DNA from: Antedon mediterranea
Lineage: Eukaryota; Animalia; Echinodermata
Direction: 5' to 3'
NCBI RefSeq assembly: GCF_964355755.1
Contig: NC_092670.1
Location: 9,104,201-9,168,200 of the forward strand
DNA: 64,000 nucleotides
Shown: positions 56,001 to 64,000 of the stretch, one piece after another
Numbering within the stretch: the stretch's first letter is position 1
Layout: each line of letters begins with the position of its first letter
Program-made: the position numbers and the translations under genes
Notes under the pieces: model-generated
What the model was told of the DNA's origin: nothing
Database searches by the model: none
The model's input: the letters and a program-made list of their open reading frames with translations, nothing else

Positions 56001-56960
56001 TGTAATAACTCGCTTCTGTACGGCCTACCAACTTCTTATCTGTCTCCTCTTCAACGAATCCAAAATTCCGCCGCAAGACTTATCACTGGCACTAAACGAC
56101 ATGAACATATTTCTCCAGTTTTACGTGACTTACACTGGTTGCCTGTAGATCAGCGCATTCGTTTTAAAATCCTGTTGCTGACATATAAGGCCATCAACGG
56201 ATGTGCTCCAGCCTACATATGTGGCATCATTACTCCGTCAACCAACTCTTCGCTTCGTTCATCCAGCAGACTTCTTCTAAAACCTGGATCCCGTTCCAGA
56301 ACTCGGTTTTACGGTGATCGTGCTTTCGCTGTCGTAGCCCCAAAACTCTGGAACACTCTACCCCTCGAAATACGCTCATCAAAATCTGTTATCACATTTA
56401 AAACTAAACTCAAAACTCATCTCTTCAGAGAAGCATAATCACACGCTACTACTTGCACAGATCTTGGAAAACACAGCGCTTTGAAACCTTTGTCTCTTGC
56501 GCTTTATAAATGTTATTTATTATTATTATTATATATTGTATTAAATAGGTTATTTTATTCATTATCCTATTCACAGTTATTTTTAACACTCTGATGAAGA
56601 ATAATCAACTTTTGATGGGGGAAAATAAGATTTTCCATCCCTTCCTCTTTTCCTTGCTAAAATAAAAACTATGTAACAATAAGATTATCATTATATAATT
56701 TACCATAAATTAACCTAAGTTTTTTTTGTAACAGTGATGAAACAGATATGGAAATAAGTGATGACAGCGAAGAAGATGAGAAAAAAGATGAATCGGAATC
56801 AGATGAAGACATTCCAAAGAAGAAGAAAAATGAAGAAGCTGACAACAATGACTTTCAGACTTTAAGTATTGGTGATAAGGAATTGAAACGGCTATCAAAG
56901 CTCACGTTAACAGATACACAGTGGGTCGGGGATTTACTTAAGGAGGAACTTAAAAGTTAA
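2336..56960 (+). CDS. WDR75: WD repeat-containing protein 75 (UTP17/NAN1, SSU processome t-UTP subunit); spliced, 5' exon not found in window
   Basis: GT-AG exons 2336-2465, 2810-2875, 4031-4118, 4491-4692, 5549-5733, 5846-6001, 6671-6864, 7105-7292, 7471-7634, 8622-8805, 51365-51456, 51950-52036, 52685-52932, 53356-53493, 53928-54019, 56735-56960 join in one frame (~812 aa). Segments such as [71 protein letters not shown] and the acidic tail match human WDR75 as recalled, in order. Confidence 0.95.
3410..4003. mobile_element. Non-autonomous TIR element with TTAA target duplication (Kolobok-like)
   Basis: TTAA|AGCCCCCTTCCCT ... AGGGAAGGGGTGT|TTAA. Confidence 0.7.
4190..4410 (-). mobile_element. 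SINE remnant with Nin/Deu-like core
   Basis: Minus strand GGATAAGGGCTATAAACTGTAGGTC...GCACTTTAAAGAA; related copy at ~37270-37520. Core assignment is from memory of SINE consensus sequences. Confidence 0.45.
6885..7068 (+). repeat. Local tandem duplication containing a truncated copy of the WDR75 7105 exon start
   Basis: 6959-7003 encodes [15 protein letters not shown] with its own TTTTGCAG acceptor, against [15 protein letters not shown] at 7105; flanking intron sequence is repeated twice. Confidence 0.85.
7776..8156. mobile_element. PIF/Harbinger-like MITE
   Basis: TIR AGGCCCATTTACACTAG...CTAGTGTAAATGGGCCT with TTA on both sides; partial relative near 59127-59350. Confidence 0.8.
8157..8205 (+). 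mobile_element. 5S rRNA-derived fragment (SINE head or pseudogene) interrupted by the MITE
   Basis: TACCACGTTGAAACACAGGTTCTCATCAGATCACCAAGTTAAGCAAC resembles the 5S 5' half and the 24392 element. Confidence 0.6.
9491..12847 (-). CDS. Secreted single-domain fibrinogen-related protein, FReD-1 (257 aa, intact)
   Basis: Exons 12847-12763 ([28 protein letters not shown]), 11740-11586 (RDCGEIL...YCDM...GGWT), 10731-10458 ([24 protein letters not shown]...EFWLGNE), 9750-9491 (GDAM...FTTYDRDHD...GAWW...SNLNG); GT-AG, phases 1/0/1, 774 nt in frame. Confidence 0.92.
11176..11379. mobile_element. Short MITE with 6-bp target duplication
   Basis: ATTCTC|CAGGCCTTGTCTTTT...AAAAGACAAGGCCTG|ATTCTC; empty site in the duplicate at ~23275. 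Confidence 0.8.
12934..13066 (-). promoter_or_regulatory. FReD-1 proximal promoter: TATA box, paired forkhead-like sites and E-box, kappaB-like site
   Basis: TATAAAA at 12940-12934; TGTTTGTATAGTAAACATCACATG at ~12994-13017; GGGGAATTCC at 13066-13057. Conserved upstream of FReD-3 (25359-25368) and, with variation, FReD-6. Confidence 0.55.
13256..13513 (+). mobile_element. tRNA-derived SINE
   Basis: A box TGGCCTGGTGG and B box GGTTCAAGTCC; absent from the duplicate at ~25555. Confidence 0.7.
13923..15121 (+). mobile_element. L2-clade LINE 3' fragment with (GATT)n tail, interrupted by a MITE
   Basis: [11 protein letters not shown]...[12 protein letters not shown]...[14 protein letters not shown]...LIT|[11 protein letters not shown]...[15 protein letters not shown]...FKTRLK; the frame is restored when 14109-14777 is removed. 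Confidence 0.9.
14109..14775. mobile_element. Tc1/mariner(pogo)-like MITE
   Basis: TA|CCGTACTGACGCGGGTATAAGCCCA...TGGGCTTATACCCGCGTCAGTACGG|TA with subterminal GGGTATAAGCCCA repeats. Confidence 0.9.
15842..19500. mobile_element. 3.66-kb non-autonomous TIR element, (TG/TA)T...ACA termini, 5-bp TSD (Ginger-like, tentative)
   Basis: AGGCC|TATCACGCCAAATGAGGTACCACTGCCAAATGAGG ... CCTCATTTGGCAATGTCACTTCATTTGGCGTTACA|AGGCC; no ORF of 60 aa or more. Confidence 0.7.
17620..18690. repeat. Degenerate ~140-150 bp tandem repeat inside the TIR element
   Basis: Recurring ATTGCAAAATTAGGTTCCATT, TTCCGAC, CTTAGAATTTCG and ATGAACAAA-GAGATGA blocks, about 6-7 units. Confidence 0.65.
20080..20197. mobile_element. 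Solo right end of a DNA element enclosing 15510-20197
   Basis: polyA...CCTACCGACCTAC...polyT-GGCC|TTA abuts sequence matching 33602 onward; no matching left end is visible. Confidence 0.45.
20332..20428 (-). pseudogene. FReD-2 remnant: orphan signal-peptide exon, duplicate of FReD-5 exon 1
   Basis: [19 protein letters not shown] with CAA>TAA relative to 33854-33758; exons 2-4 are deleted. Confidence 0.88.
21732..25149 (-). CDS. Secreted fibrinogen-related protein FReD-3 (261 aa, intact, chimeric FReD-1/FReD-6)
   Basis: Exons 25149-25062, 23629-23475, 22555-22279, 21997-21732; 786 nt in frame with GT-AG sites. Confidence 0.92.
24392..24725 (+). mobile_element. Composite SINE: 5S rRNA head, tRNA-like segment, conserved core and A-rich tail
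   Basis: CGGCCATACTGCGTTGAAACACCGGTTCTCGTCAGATCACCGAAGTTAAGCAACG...GGATGGGAGACCG...GGTGCTGTA, then TGGTGTTAATGG / GGTTCGAG boxes, CCTTAGGCAAGATGCTTTAC core and (TACAAAA)n; empty site at ~12523. Confidence 0.8.
25981..26568. mobile_element. PIF/Harbinger-like MITE
   Basis: TAA|GGGCCTGTTTCCATTGA...TCAATAGAAACAGGCCC|TAA. Confidence 0.8.
27194..29495 (-). pseudogene. FReD-4 pseudogene
   Basis: Exons 29495-29401 (frameshift and stop), 29144-29005 (GGW>GG* TGA), 28133-27871 (+1 insertion near 27967), 27460-27194 (+1 insertion near 27305). Confidence 0.88.
30365..30519. mobile_element. Short Harbinger-like MITE (relatives at ~6095-6215 and ~61390-61447)
   Basis: TAA|AGCTCTGTCTACTCTATCAAA...TTTGATAGTGTAGACAGAGCT|TAA. 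Confidence 0.75.
30725..30830. repeat. Inverted repeat, ~35-bp arms
   Basis: TTTACAATAAAATTTAATGACAAAAAACAAGA ... TCTTGTTTTTTGTCATTAAATTTTATTGTAAA around a GACGTTTCGG spacer. Confidence 0.75.
31031..33854 (-). CDS. Secreted fibrinogen-related protein FReD-5 (270 aa, intact)
   Basis: Exons 33854-33758, 33246-33065, 31986-31725, 31302-31031; 813 nt in frame; retains NCA...WWYGPC. Confidence 0.92.
32339..32618 (+). mobile_element. tRNA-derived SINE with (TTA)n tail; older degenerate relative at ~32040-32290
   Basis: TGGCGCAGGG A box, GGTTCGAATCC B box, CCTTAGGCAAGATACTTTAC...CACCCAGGTGTATAAATGGGTACC core; absent from the duplicate at ~13876. Confidence 0.8.
35076..37969 (-). CDS. Secreted fibrinogen-related protein FReD-6 (261 aa, intact)
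   Basis: Exons 37969-37882, 36373-36225, 35891-35615, 35347-35076; 786 nt in frame. Confidence 0.92.
39381..40176. mobile_element. PIF/Harbinger-like MITE, longer paralogous copy of 25981-26568
   Basis: Same TIRs and the same flanking sequence on both sides. Confidence 0.8.
40519..42533 (-). mobile_element. CR1-group LINE 3' fragment with microsatellite tail and GTAGTG target duplication
   Basis: Minus strand [31 protein letters not shown]|KEYF... reads across the nested insertion; TSD at 40513-40518 and 42534-42539; empty site at ~26917. Confidence 0.75.
40824..42388. mobile_element. Kolobok-like non-autonomous DNA transposon nested in the LINE fragment
   Basis: TTAA|AGGGGGGTTCCGGGTTTAAAAT ... 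ATTTTAAACCCAGAATCCCCCT|TTAA. Confidence 0.8.
42651..43957 (-). mobile_element. Non-autonomous Helitron
   Basis: Minus strand begins TCTATATA and ends in a hairpin CTAGATGGTACGC-GAGCGAAGCGA-GCGTACCATCTAG; inserted between A and T with no TSD (empty site AAAATA|TGTGGTAG at ~27116). Confidence 0.88.
44039..46566 (-). CDS. Secreted fibrinogen-related protein FReD-7 (252 aa, intact, canonical cysteines)
   Basis: Exons 46566-46470, 45883-45747, 45187-44926, 44301-44039; 759 nt in frame; [15 protein letters not shown]. Confidence 0.92.
45260..45570 (-). mobile_element. tRNA-like segment-bearing element flanked by TA runs
   Basis: Minus strand AGCCCCAGTGGTCTAATGG...GGGGTTCGAATCTTGG; TA-rich borders. 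Confidence 0.5.
47587..50199 (-). pseudogene. FReD-8, inactivated by a single 7-bp deletion
   Basis: Exons 50199-50100, 49751-49615, 48607-48353 (255 nt against 262 in paralogues; GAGATGACTGATCAC>GAGATCAC then TGA), 47849-47587. Confidence 0.85.
54368..56531 (+). mobile_element. L2 LINE insertion in the last WDR75 intron
   Basis: GC-richer block containing the RT ORF, a short 3' UTR and a (TTA)n tail; 5' edge is approximate. Confidence 0.9.
54378..56438 (+). CDS. LINE (L2 clade) ORF2 reverse transcriptase, 5'-truncated, 686-aa open frame
   Basis: [13 protein letters not shown]...[48 protein letters not shown] motifs; no endonuclease domain. Confidence 0.93.
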   Translation: MDNVSDLADQYNNVLQYILDQHAPLTTKLVTIRPRAPWYTNELREAKCVKRRSERRMLKSGLDIDKQRYKLECKAYKDMLDLAKCNYHRNEIANADDKNLFRIISKLYSVDSSPVLQKHTSSMDLANQFGCFFNEKILKICKKLNSINTPLITVNVDESCNSSFAEFEQTSEDTVRKVIAESASKSSRLDPIPTRLLKNCIDALLPHITKIVNMSLSSGTVPSAFKLSLLMPLLKKQNLDSNVLQNYRPIANLPFLFKVLERIATAQIKAYMDEHFLFSKVQSAYRRFHSTETALLRVTNDLLLALDKGNEAVLILLDYSAAFDTINHDLLFQRLQKRYGISGTALKWFISYFENRRQAIIVGDSMSDEFALPWGVPQGSVKGPLDFILYTGPLSNIIDSHPEVRHMIYADDTQLYLIMKPTHHSESVNSLESCIADVRSWAIQNKLMLNDSKTEMIHFHSKFREASSFPLVHIGDTCVSTSSSARNLGVQLDNSLGLKEHIRNVCRGASFGIYQIGQIRKYLDKTSTERLVHAFVSSRLDCNNSLLYGLPTSYLSPLQRIQNSAARLITGTKRHEHISPVLRDLHWLPVDQRIRFKILLLTYKAINGCAPAYICGIITPSTNSSLRSSSRLLLKPGSRSRTRFYGDRAFAVVAPKLWNTLPLEIRSSKSVITFKTKLKTHLFREA

Positions 56961-57293
56961 ACATTTATTGATTTTTTTCTTATTTTTAAATTTTAGTAGC
57001 CTATCTATTGTTTTATTTTTAACATTTTCAATTTTGATGACATGTTACCATGTTAGAAGGCTCAGGGTGGATGAAACAGACAGTACAGTAAAGACTCTTG
57101 TGTGTGAACAGTACCTCCACATGCCATACCAGCCAATGGAGCTTGCTCTTGGCCCATTAAACTAATCACAATCAAGCATATGGACTGGCCTGGAAAATGC
57201 TCTTCTACCAGTGATCTAATTTCATCTGCCTCAGAAAAAATATATTTCTATTTTCTCTTCTAAGTCAGAAGAAAAAATCCATTAGTTACCATT

Positions 57294-57299
57294 AATAAA
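57294..57299 (+). terminator. Candidate WDR75 polyadenylation signal
   Basis: First AATAAA noticed, ~330 nt after the stop codon, followed by T/GT-rich sequence. Confidence 0.4.
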
Positions 57300-58243
57300 A
57301 TAAGTTATATTTGTTTTATGTTATCTGAAATTATTCAGATGATCTTCTTGTATAAATAGCTAAATTTCAACATCTTAATACTTTTAAACAAATACCAGCC
57401 ATAATACGTTCTATTTTGTTGCTATTTTATTGTCCAAATATAGTACTACAGTATATTCATTTCTATTAAATTAGGCTTAAAATTACATAAAAATGTGACA
57501 ACACTGTAACACAATTTCTGATATAAGAAATTTGTTATTAAATTAGTTATGAATATTGATGTCATTTCTTCCAATATGATGTAGTTTTTCGTAACATGAA
57601 GATTATAGAAGTAATCCATCTCTTGTATCTGAAAAAAAAATAATATGCTATTAAAAATCCTTTTAAAAGATTCTAGTTACCAACCCTAGAATAGTAAAAA
57701 GCATACCTCACCTGACATTTTTTTGTGTATATTATAATTAAAATAATTTTCAGACATTGTTGTTACCACTCTTCTTTTCAGACAGCAGGTGATCGTATAT
57801 AGAAATTCCCCTTAAAAATCCACTAATTTGAATCGTGTATGACAATGTGAGACATGAACAAAAAATTATATGAATAAAGTATTAGATATTGTGCGTCTTT
57901 TTGTATAACAAGTCGGTGTTTCAATTTTTGTCTAAAAAAACGTGCATTAGTATTACACGTATGAAACGTACCAAAATATTTTTCTTTAACAAATATTAGA
58001 TCGAAACACGGTTTAGAACCTAGACTTAATTGTGCTTCTGAAAATGGCAACAAGTTAAACAATCAATATTATAATCAACTTACTTGTAGGTGTGTACTTA
58101 ATTGGTCAACTTAGTTACATATGTAATGGCCGCCTCCATAGTTTGTGCACTGCGCTGCTTGGTTACCACACGCACTCACTATATTGTCACATGGGTCTAT
58201 CGGGAAAGAAATAATGAAAGTACTAATGCTTAGTTCCCACTAA

Positions 58244-58467
58244 AGCGTGGTTCCCACTAGCGACGAAAACGTACCGTAACGCAACCTACGCAACATTAGA
58301 AAATGCCTTTACGATAATTGTGTTTTCCCCCGCCTGCAGGAAATCAAATCTGCGATGTTTGCAGCACTGTTGCGTCGTCGTTTCCCACTTCTGATTACGC
58401 AATACAGCACTTTGCGTCAAAATGTCGCTGGATTGCGTTGCGTTGCATTGCTAGTGGGATCCAAGCT
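58244..58467. mobile_element. MITE (Harbinger-like)
   Basis: AAGCGTGGTTCCCACTAGC ... GCTAGTGGGATCCAAGCTT inverted ends. Confidence 0.6.
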
Positions 58468-58709
58468 TTAAGAAGCCACACAAGGACGAAAGCGCAACGT
58501 GAGTGATTTAACCAATCTCAGGCGATGGATTATTTGAACTTTCGGTTTTCATTGGTCAACTTTCTTGCGTCTCTAGTGAGAACTATAAACTTAATAAGAG
58601 TAAAGAAATTAAAAGGGTAACCATTTAGAATATAATCATTGGTTAAGGCAGTGTTTCGTCACACGCCAGGTTCAAGTCATATAAAGCATTGATGCGTGTG
58701 CATGCTTGC

Positions 58710-59483
58710 TTACTTACCGGAACTTTTCGAGCAAAAGGTTGTTTTCAAACCAGTGATAAACGCTCCAGAGTAGCAGTATTGTCCTGATGGACATGGGTTG
58801 CCAACACAATAATCACGCTCTGTATAGAAATCAACAACTTTAATACCCATATTATTGATAGAGAAACTTTGACTATGTTTTAGTCTTTAGCTAGTTTGTC
58901 CTGGACTTAATTCAGGACTAAAGTTAGTCCTCAAGAATACGGGTTTAATTGTGTAAATGAAAAATGAGTTGCAATTTAAACTTGCAAAAGAAAATTTAAA
59001 ATCAAACCAATAGTTTGTAATTATTTTCAATCTGTTAATAATAAAGTAATACATTTATACTGTATATTAAATTAATCCATAACTGATTACAAAAGTGTTG
59101 TAATCGTCGTCGTTATGTCGATTATTAGGCCCATTTATACTATACTATAGTACAGTACTACAACTAGATAAATATGATTTTCTTCTTACATAACATGCAC
59201 AAAAGAAATTTCATGAAAAAGAATAACCATCTATGCTGCCTTTGATAAAAATATTATGTTCACGTCATGATTAGTAAGTATAATAATATCGTCACAATAC
59301 TATTTCATTATTTTTATCATGACATCATTTTATGCACCCGAATTTATTTGATTTTATTTCAACAATATTTTATGTAGGTGGTCCATCCAGCATCAGCTTA
59401 TCATTAGGGACCCTCAAACAAAACAAACAGAAAATACAAAATAAACTATAAAAACACAAAATCAACAAAGATATAAAAAATAA

Positions 59484-59523
<40 letters not shown>

Positions 59524-60300
59524 CAATGATGTTGCGTAGCACTGTGTAAATTATATATAAATCATACTGTAAATTATAGAAACAGTGCTCATATTCGGAA
59601 CATGATCTCATAATCGCGTCGAGCATAGCTCATTGGCGAAAGTTCCGTATTTTTTAGTTGTATGAAAAAATGTCTCTGGCTGGATTCGAACCTGCAACCT
59701 CTCGCTTACAGGGCGAGTATCATACCACTAGACCACAGAGCCATGTATGGTATTATCACAGATTTTCACCCACCAGATACATTCTCTCATACAACAAACG
59801 CCCTCACAATCAGTGGAGGCTTGACAAGTCAGAATAAATTCCAACTTTAATTCGCAACGGTTTTTTAAATAATATTGTGTATATGTAAATCAATGATGTT
59901 GCGTAGCACTGTGTAAATTATATATAAATCATACTGTAAATTATAGAAACAGTGCTCATATTCGGAACATGATCTCATAATCGCGTCGAGCATAGCTCAT
60001 TGGCGAAAGTTCCGTATTTTTTAGTTGTATGAAAAAATGTCTCTGGCTGGATTCGAACCTGCAACCTCTCGCTTACAGGGCGAGTATCATACCACTAGAC
60101 CACAGAGCCATGTATGGTATTATCACAGATTTTCACCCACCAGATACATTCTCTCATACAACAAACGCCCTCACAATCAGTGGAGGCTTGACAAGTCAGA
60201 ATAAATTCCAACTTACGGAACTTTCGCCAATGAGCTATGCTCGACGCGATTATGAGATCATGTTCCGAATATGAGCACTGTTTCTATAATTTACAGTATG

Positions 60301-60358
<58 letters not shown>

Positions 60359-60377
60359 GTATATATATATGTATATG

Positions 60378-60425
<48 letters not shown>

Positions 60426-60440
60426 CATACATATATATAC

Positions 60441-60471
<31 letters not shown>

Positions 60472-61323
60472 AACAAATCAGGCAAAGAACATTATATCAT
60501 TATACAGTAGGCCAACAATGAAAGAAGGATAACAAGAAAAAAAATCAGGAGAGAGAGAAGGTGTTTTTTCAAAAGAGATTTAAAGGAGAAGAAATTGTAG
60601 GAGTTACGAATGCCAAAAGGTAGAGAATTAAAGAAAGAAGAAGCATTGAAACTAAAAGAAAGTTTAAAGAGTTCAAGGTAAGGACGAGGGATAAGAAGAT
60701 CTCCTTTAGTAATTTGCCTAGTGTTCATACGGCCGTTGGAAGTGACTTTAGTTAAAAGCTGACAGATAGTAAGAGGAGCATGCAGAGTGATGTAGGGCTT
60801 TGAAATATAGACCAGCAACTTAGCAAGCTGAAAAAGAGGTATCGTTCATGGAAGGGGAGAGTCTTAGATTCTGTATCTGTCACGATATTCTATCTGACTG
60901 ACTATCGCAAGTCATTTAGTCTAGAAATAAGACAGCTGTAAGTACTTTTTAAATACATTCTAGCCCTCGCGCAAAAAATGAGAGCTTTTATATGCTGTAC
61001 CAGACGAAAGGACCCTAATTAATTTGCTGACTAGACTATTCATCTCAAAGTTTGCAAATTAGACAGGTTATTCTACTATTTCTACTTTATTTTATCTCAT
61101 TTCTGCTCAAACTCTTGGAATTGGAAACTCTTTTAAGTTAATTTGGTCGTTCTAAATTAAATGTCTGTTCTACTACTGTGGTAGTAAACTCACTTTTCAG
61201 CTCCCGTATTTGCATTTCTTCAATGTATTCATCCATTAAATCTCGTAAATTGTAGGTTGGGCTTGTCAGAGCCACTCCAACGCAGAGGGCGACACAAATC
61301 AGTAAAAGACTAGCTCGAGTCAT
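58710..61323 (-). CDS. Small secreted prepropeptide (79 aa): signal peptide, acidic pro-region, KKR, 4-Cys peptide ending G-K-stop
   Basis: Exon 61336-61194 (ATG 61323: [43 protein letters not shown]) splices in phase 1 (A|GTGAG; TTTCTATACAG|) to 58819-58710 ([36 protein letters not shown]). A probable non-coding exon ends at 62679 (G|GTAAGT) with TATAAGA near 62754-62748. Confidence 0.72.
59490..60470. mobile_element. TA-microsatellite-embedded element with ~95-bp inverted repeats, an internal tRNA-like sequence and a 367-bp internal duplication
   Basis: 59521-59847 repeats at 59888-60213; 60214-60308 is the reverse complement of ~59553-59649 and ~59920-60016; flanked by (TA)n at 59490-59520 and 60304-60470. 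Confidence 0.8.
59671..59742 (-). pseudogene. tRNA-like (Pro-derived) sequence, second copy at 60038-60109
   Basis: GGCTCTGTGGTCTAGTGGTATGATACTCGCCCTGTAAGCGAGAGGTTGCAGGTTCGAATCCAGCCAGAGACA folds as a cloverleaf with mismatches in the acceptor and T stems and C at position 33. Confidence 0.65.
60540..60830 (-). mobile_element. CR1-group LINE 3' fragment
   Basis: [56 protein letters not shown], a typical ORF2 C-terminus. Confidence 0.75.
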
Positions 61324-64000
61324 ATTTGTTGTCAATCTACAAGAAGATATTTGAAATGTATGTATTATCAGTATTATCTCAACAATGTTAAGCTCAGTCT
61401 GCACTATATCAAACGTATATAACATTTGATAGTGTAGACAGAGCTTAAAATTGCCACATAGGCCTACTTTTTTTTTGTCAAACTATTTTGATTGTGTAAA
61501 CAGAGAGAGATTTAGTAAGAAATTGAATATAATCAAGTAGTTACATAAAAATCATTTTCAATTATAAACTTTGACGTATAAAATTCACTGAATATGAAAC
61601 CTTTCAAAAGGTCATTAAACTTCTCATGCTCCGGCCTATTTCAAATAAAATCGCAACACTCCCACACACACACTGTATTAAGCCCAAGTCAACACTGAAG
61701 CAGCAGCGTCCATTGTGTTCAAAGGCCCACCCTTGTTTGCCAAATACCTTGCAATAATACGCAAGTAAAATAGTACTATTGAAAATGTTTGTTATCCAGG
61801 TAGATGAGGTCAAGATGTTAAAGCATTGTACTTTTGTGTTGTACTCTGCGCAAATATTTAAAAACCTCTTTTGTCAGAAGACGCCTTATTTTTTTGATAA
61901 ATGAAACTAAATTAAATTTTTAAAATTACATAATAAAAAAAATAAGGCTTACAAATTTGATAAAAACATGATTGATAAATAAGTTTGTTTACAATTTGTG
62001 AAAGGTGGAAAACAATAAAAATAATTTCAGATTTTATGTATGCTTTAATGTATTACAAATCGACGTAGAAATACTACACTATTGATGTTTTTATGGAAAA
62101 TTGTAAATTGCTGGCATTAAAGTGGGTTTACACCTAATATGGATTAAAGAACATTCTTTAGACTTTCCCTTTTCTTTAACGATTTAATGCTACTGATTAA
62201 ATTAAATATTAACAATATTTACAATATTTTTTTCATAAAATATCATACATTACATTTATTATTACCTAGGAAATGAGCTTGACAATATAAAGTAAAATTG
62301 ATTGTTTCTAAATATTAGGATAGATTTTTTCCTCTGAGGAATGTAAACTCTTTTTCTCCTATTATCAGAACATCCTAAACCAGGCCTTAATTTGCGTCGA
62401 TCTTCATAGAATTTTGCAATAAGCACGAATACATAAAGTTTGTACGCAAACAATGCTTAAATCGTTGTTAAAAAATAATAGGTCTACACAGTGTACAGTA
62501 TCCATATAAATATATCAATTCAATTATGAATTAATAATATAATAAGTTTGACACTTTGATAAGCAGCGTCAGAATATATAGAAGATATTGATGTATTGTT
62601 TTATGTTTCAAATCGCTGTTGGTTTTGATTGAATAGGCCTAAAATAAAAATAAAATAAAATATATTGTTAGTACTTACCACGTTTAATACGTATGAGTTC
62701 TTCACTGAATAACTTGAAGAATGTGGTTTGGGTTTGGCAGATCAACTTCTTATAGAGAATTAATGTTTACTTTGTACGCTTTGTTTATTTTAAAGAGTTT
62801 AGTATATTTACTTTCAAATACAGTGATCTTTTATCATTTTTGTGACTTATGTTTGCCGACTAATTCATGTTTTACTGAAAGAGTGGTGATCACAAACTGT
62901 TTGTCAGGTCACCTGAAAACTTTCTATGGGAGTGCAGTCCTAAGCTTTTGATGTCGACGCTGGCTTCTTGGTCAGGAACACGTGCCAAATACTTGCTCTC
63001 TACAATTCACTAATATAAACTCACTGATTTAAATTTTATACATACAAGTACAAAACTGTGTAAATCGGGAAAAATCAAATATGATATATTATTTATGTTA
63101 AATTTGTACCCACTAACAAACTTTTAAGTTTGTAAGTAAAAAATATTTCAACACTATAGTAACAAATCAGCAAGTTATATTGTATTTTAACACTAGTAGA
63201 ATTCCTGTACGCTACAAAGTTGATTTTGAAATCAAGTGTAGGTCAAGTGGATTGACAATGCATATTTGCATATTTCAGGTCAGGTGGGCCATCGTGTAAA
63301 AACTACGCTATAGAATCATTAACCGGTACACTTCGTGTCAACCTTGTTTAAGGGAAGCTTATCCGCCAGACATTATTGCTACGATTGTAAGTAATTATAA
63401 TCATTACGTATATTTTTCATCTAATTATAATGTGACAAACATGTATGTATCGTATTATTTCTATGCTAAACTGATACCGCAGCTCGTCTGTGTAAATTAG
63501 CATTTATACTGTATCATTCATTAAGTATGTTCACCATTGTTGTTGGCTAAGACCTGTACTTCATAGAGAAGATGTGATTGTGTAAAAGACACTTTATCTC
63601 TCTGTTCATCATTCATGATTAGCATTAATATTGTAGTGACAGAACCCCTTTCCCATCCCCTGCAAAATATCATAAATCCGCTGTTTTGCCCATATAACGG
63701 CTTAACAAGTGCCTACATTATATTGAAATTTGCAATAGGCTATAAAGAAAATAAATTCAAACAACGCTTAAACCTAAATACTCTGAATGCCAATTTCAAC
63801 CTATTAAAGTTCATTCATTTAAATATCAATTCGTGCTAATCAATTCTGAACTAAAAGTAAAATAAAAGACATAGGCTACATTGACAATTAATGAAAAGCA
63901 AAATCAAAATAGGAATAGGCCTACTGAATGGTATTATAAAGTGTGGTAGGTAGTTGGAAATTCAGCTTTTTATAGATATTTTTTCCTGGAAATCAATTAG

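Noticed and set aside
54374-56148. Antisense and alternate-frame ORFs overlapping the L2 ORF
   Set aside because: Shadow frames of the reverse transcriptase ORF.
59671-60109. Two functional tRNA-Thr(TGT) genes
   Set aside because: Pro-like body, stem mismatches, C33 and location inside a repeat element.
60237-60521. YI/IC-repeat ORFs on both strands
   Set aside because: Translations of a (TA)n microsatellite.
63770-63840. FIHLNINS as a LINE endonuclease start
   Set aside because: Stop codon immediately after and no further APE motifs within the window.

Overview
AT-rich, intron-containing metazoan DNA; an invertebrate, possibly a deuterostome such as an echinoderm (taxon is inference). The backbone is a + strand WDR75/UTP17 gene with 16 in-frame coding exons (2336-56960); its first exon was not found and is probably upstream. 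One intron (8806-51364, 42.6 kb) holds a nested, antisense tandem array of eight 4-exon secreted fibrinogen-related-domain (FReD) loci: five intact, two pseudogenes and one remnant. The array records a recent ~12-13 kb tandem duplication whose breakpoint lies inside a FReD exon and created an in-frame chimeric gene. Three intact copies have lost both cysteines of the P-domain disulfide. Downstream and convergent is a small gene, split in the ORF track, encoding a signal peptide, an acidic propeptide, KKR and a Cys-rich, possibly amidated peptide. The rest is dense in transposons: L2/CR1 LINEs, a Helitron, Kolobok-, Harbinger-, Tc1- and Ginger-like non-autonomous elements, tRNA SINEs and a composite 5S+tRNA SINE. 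All exon structures, alignments and coordinates were read by eye; no database search was run.
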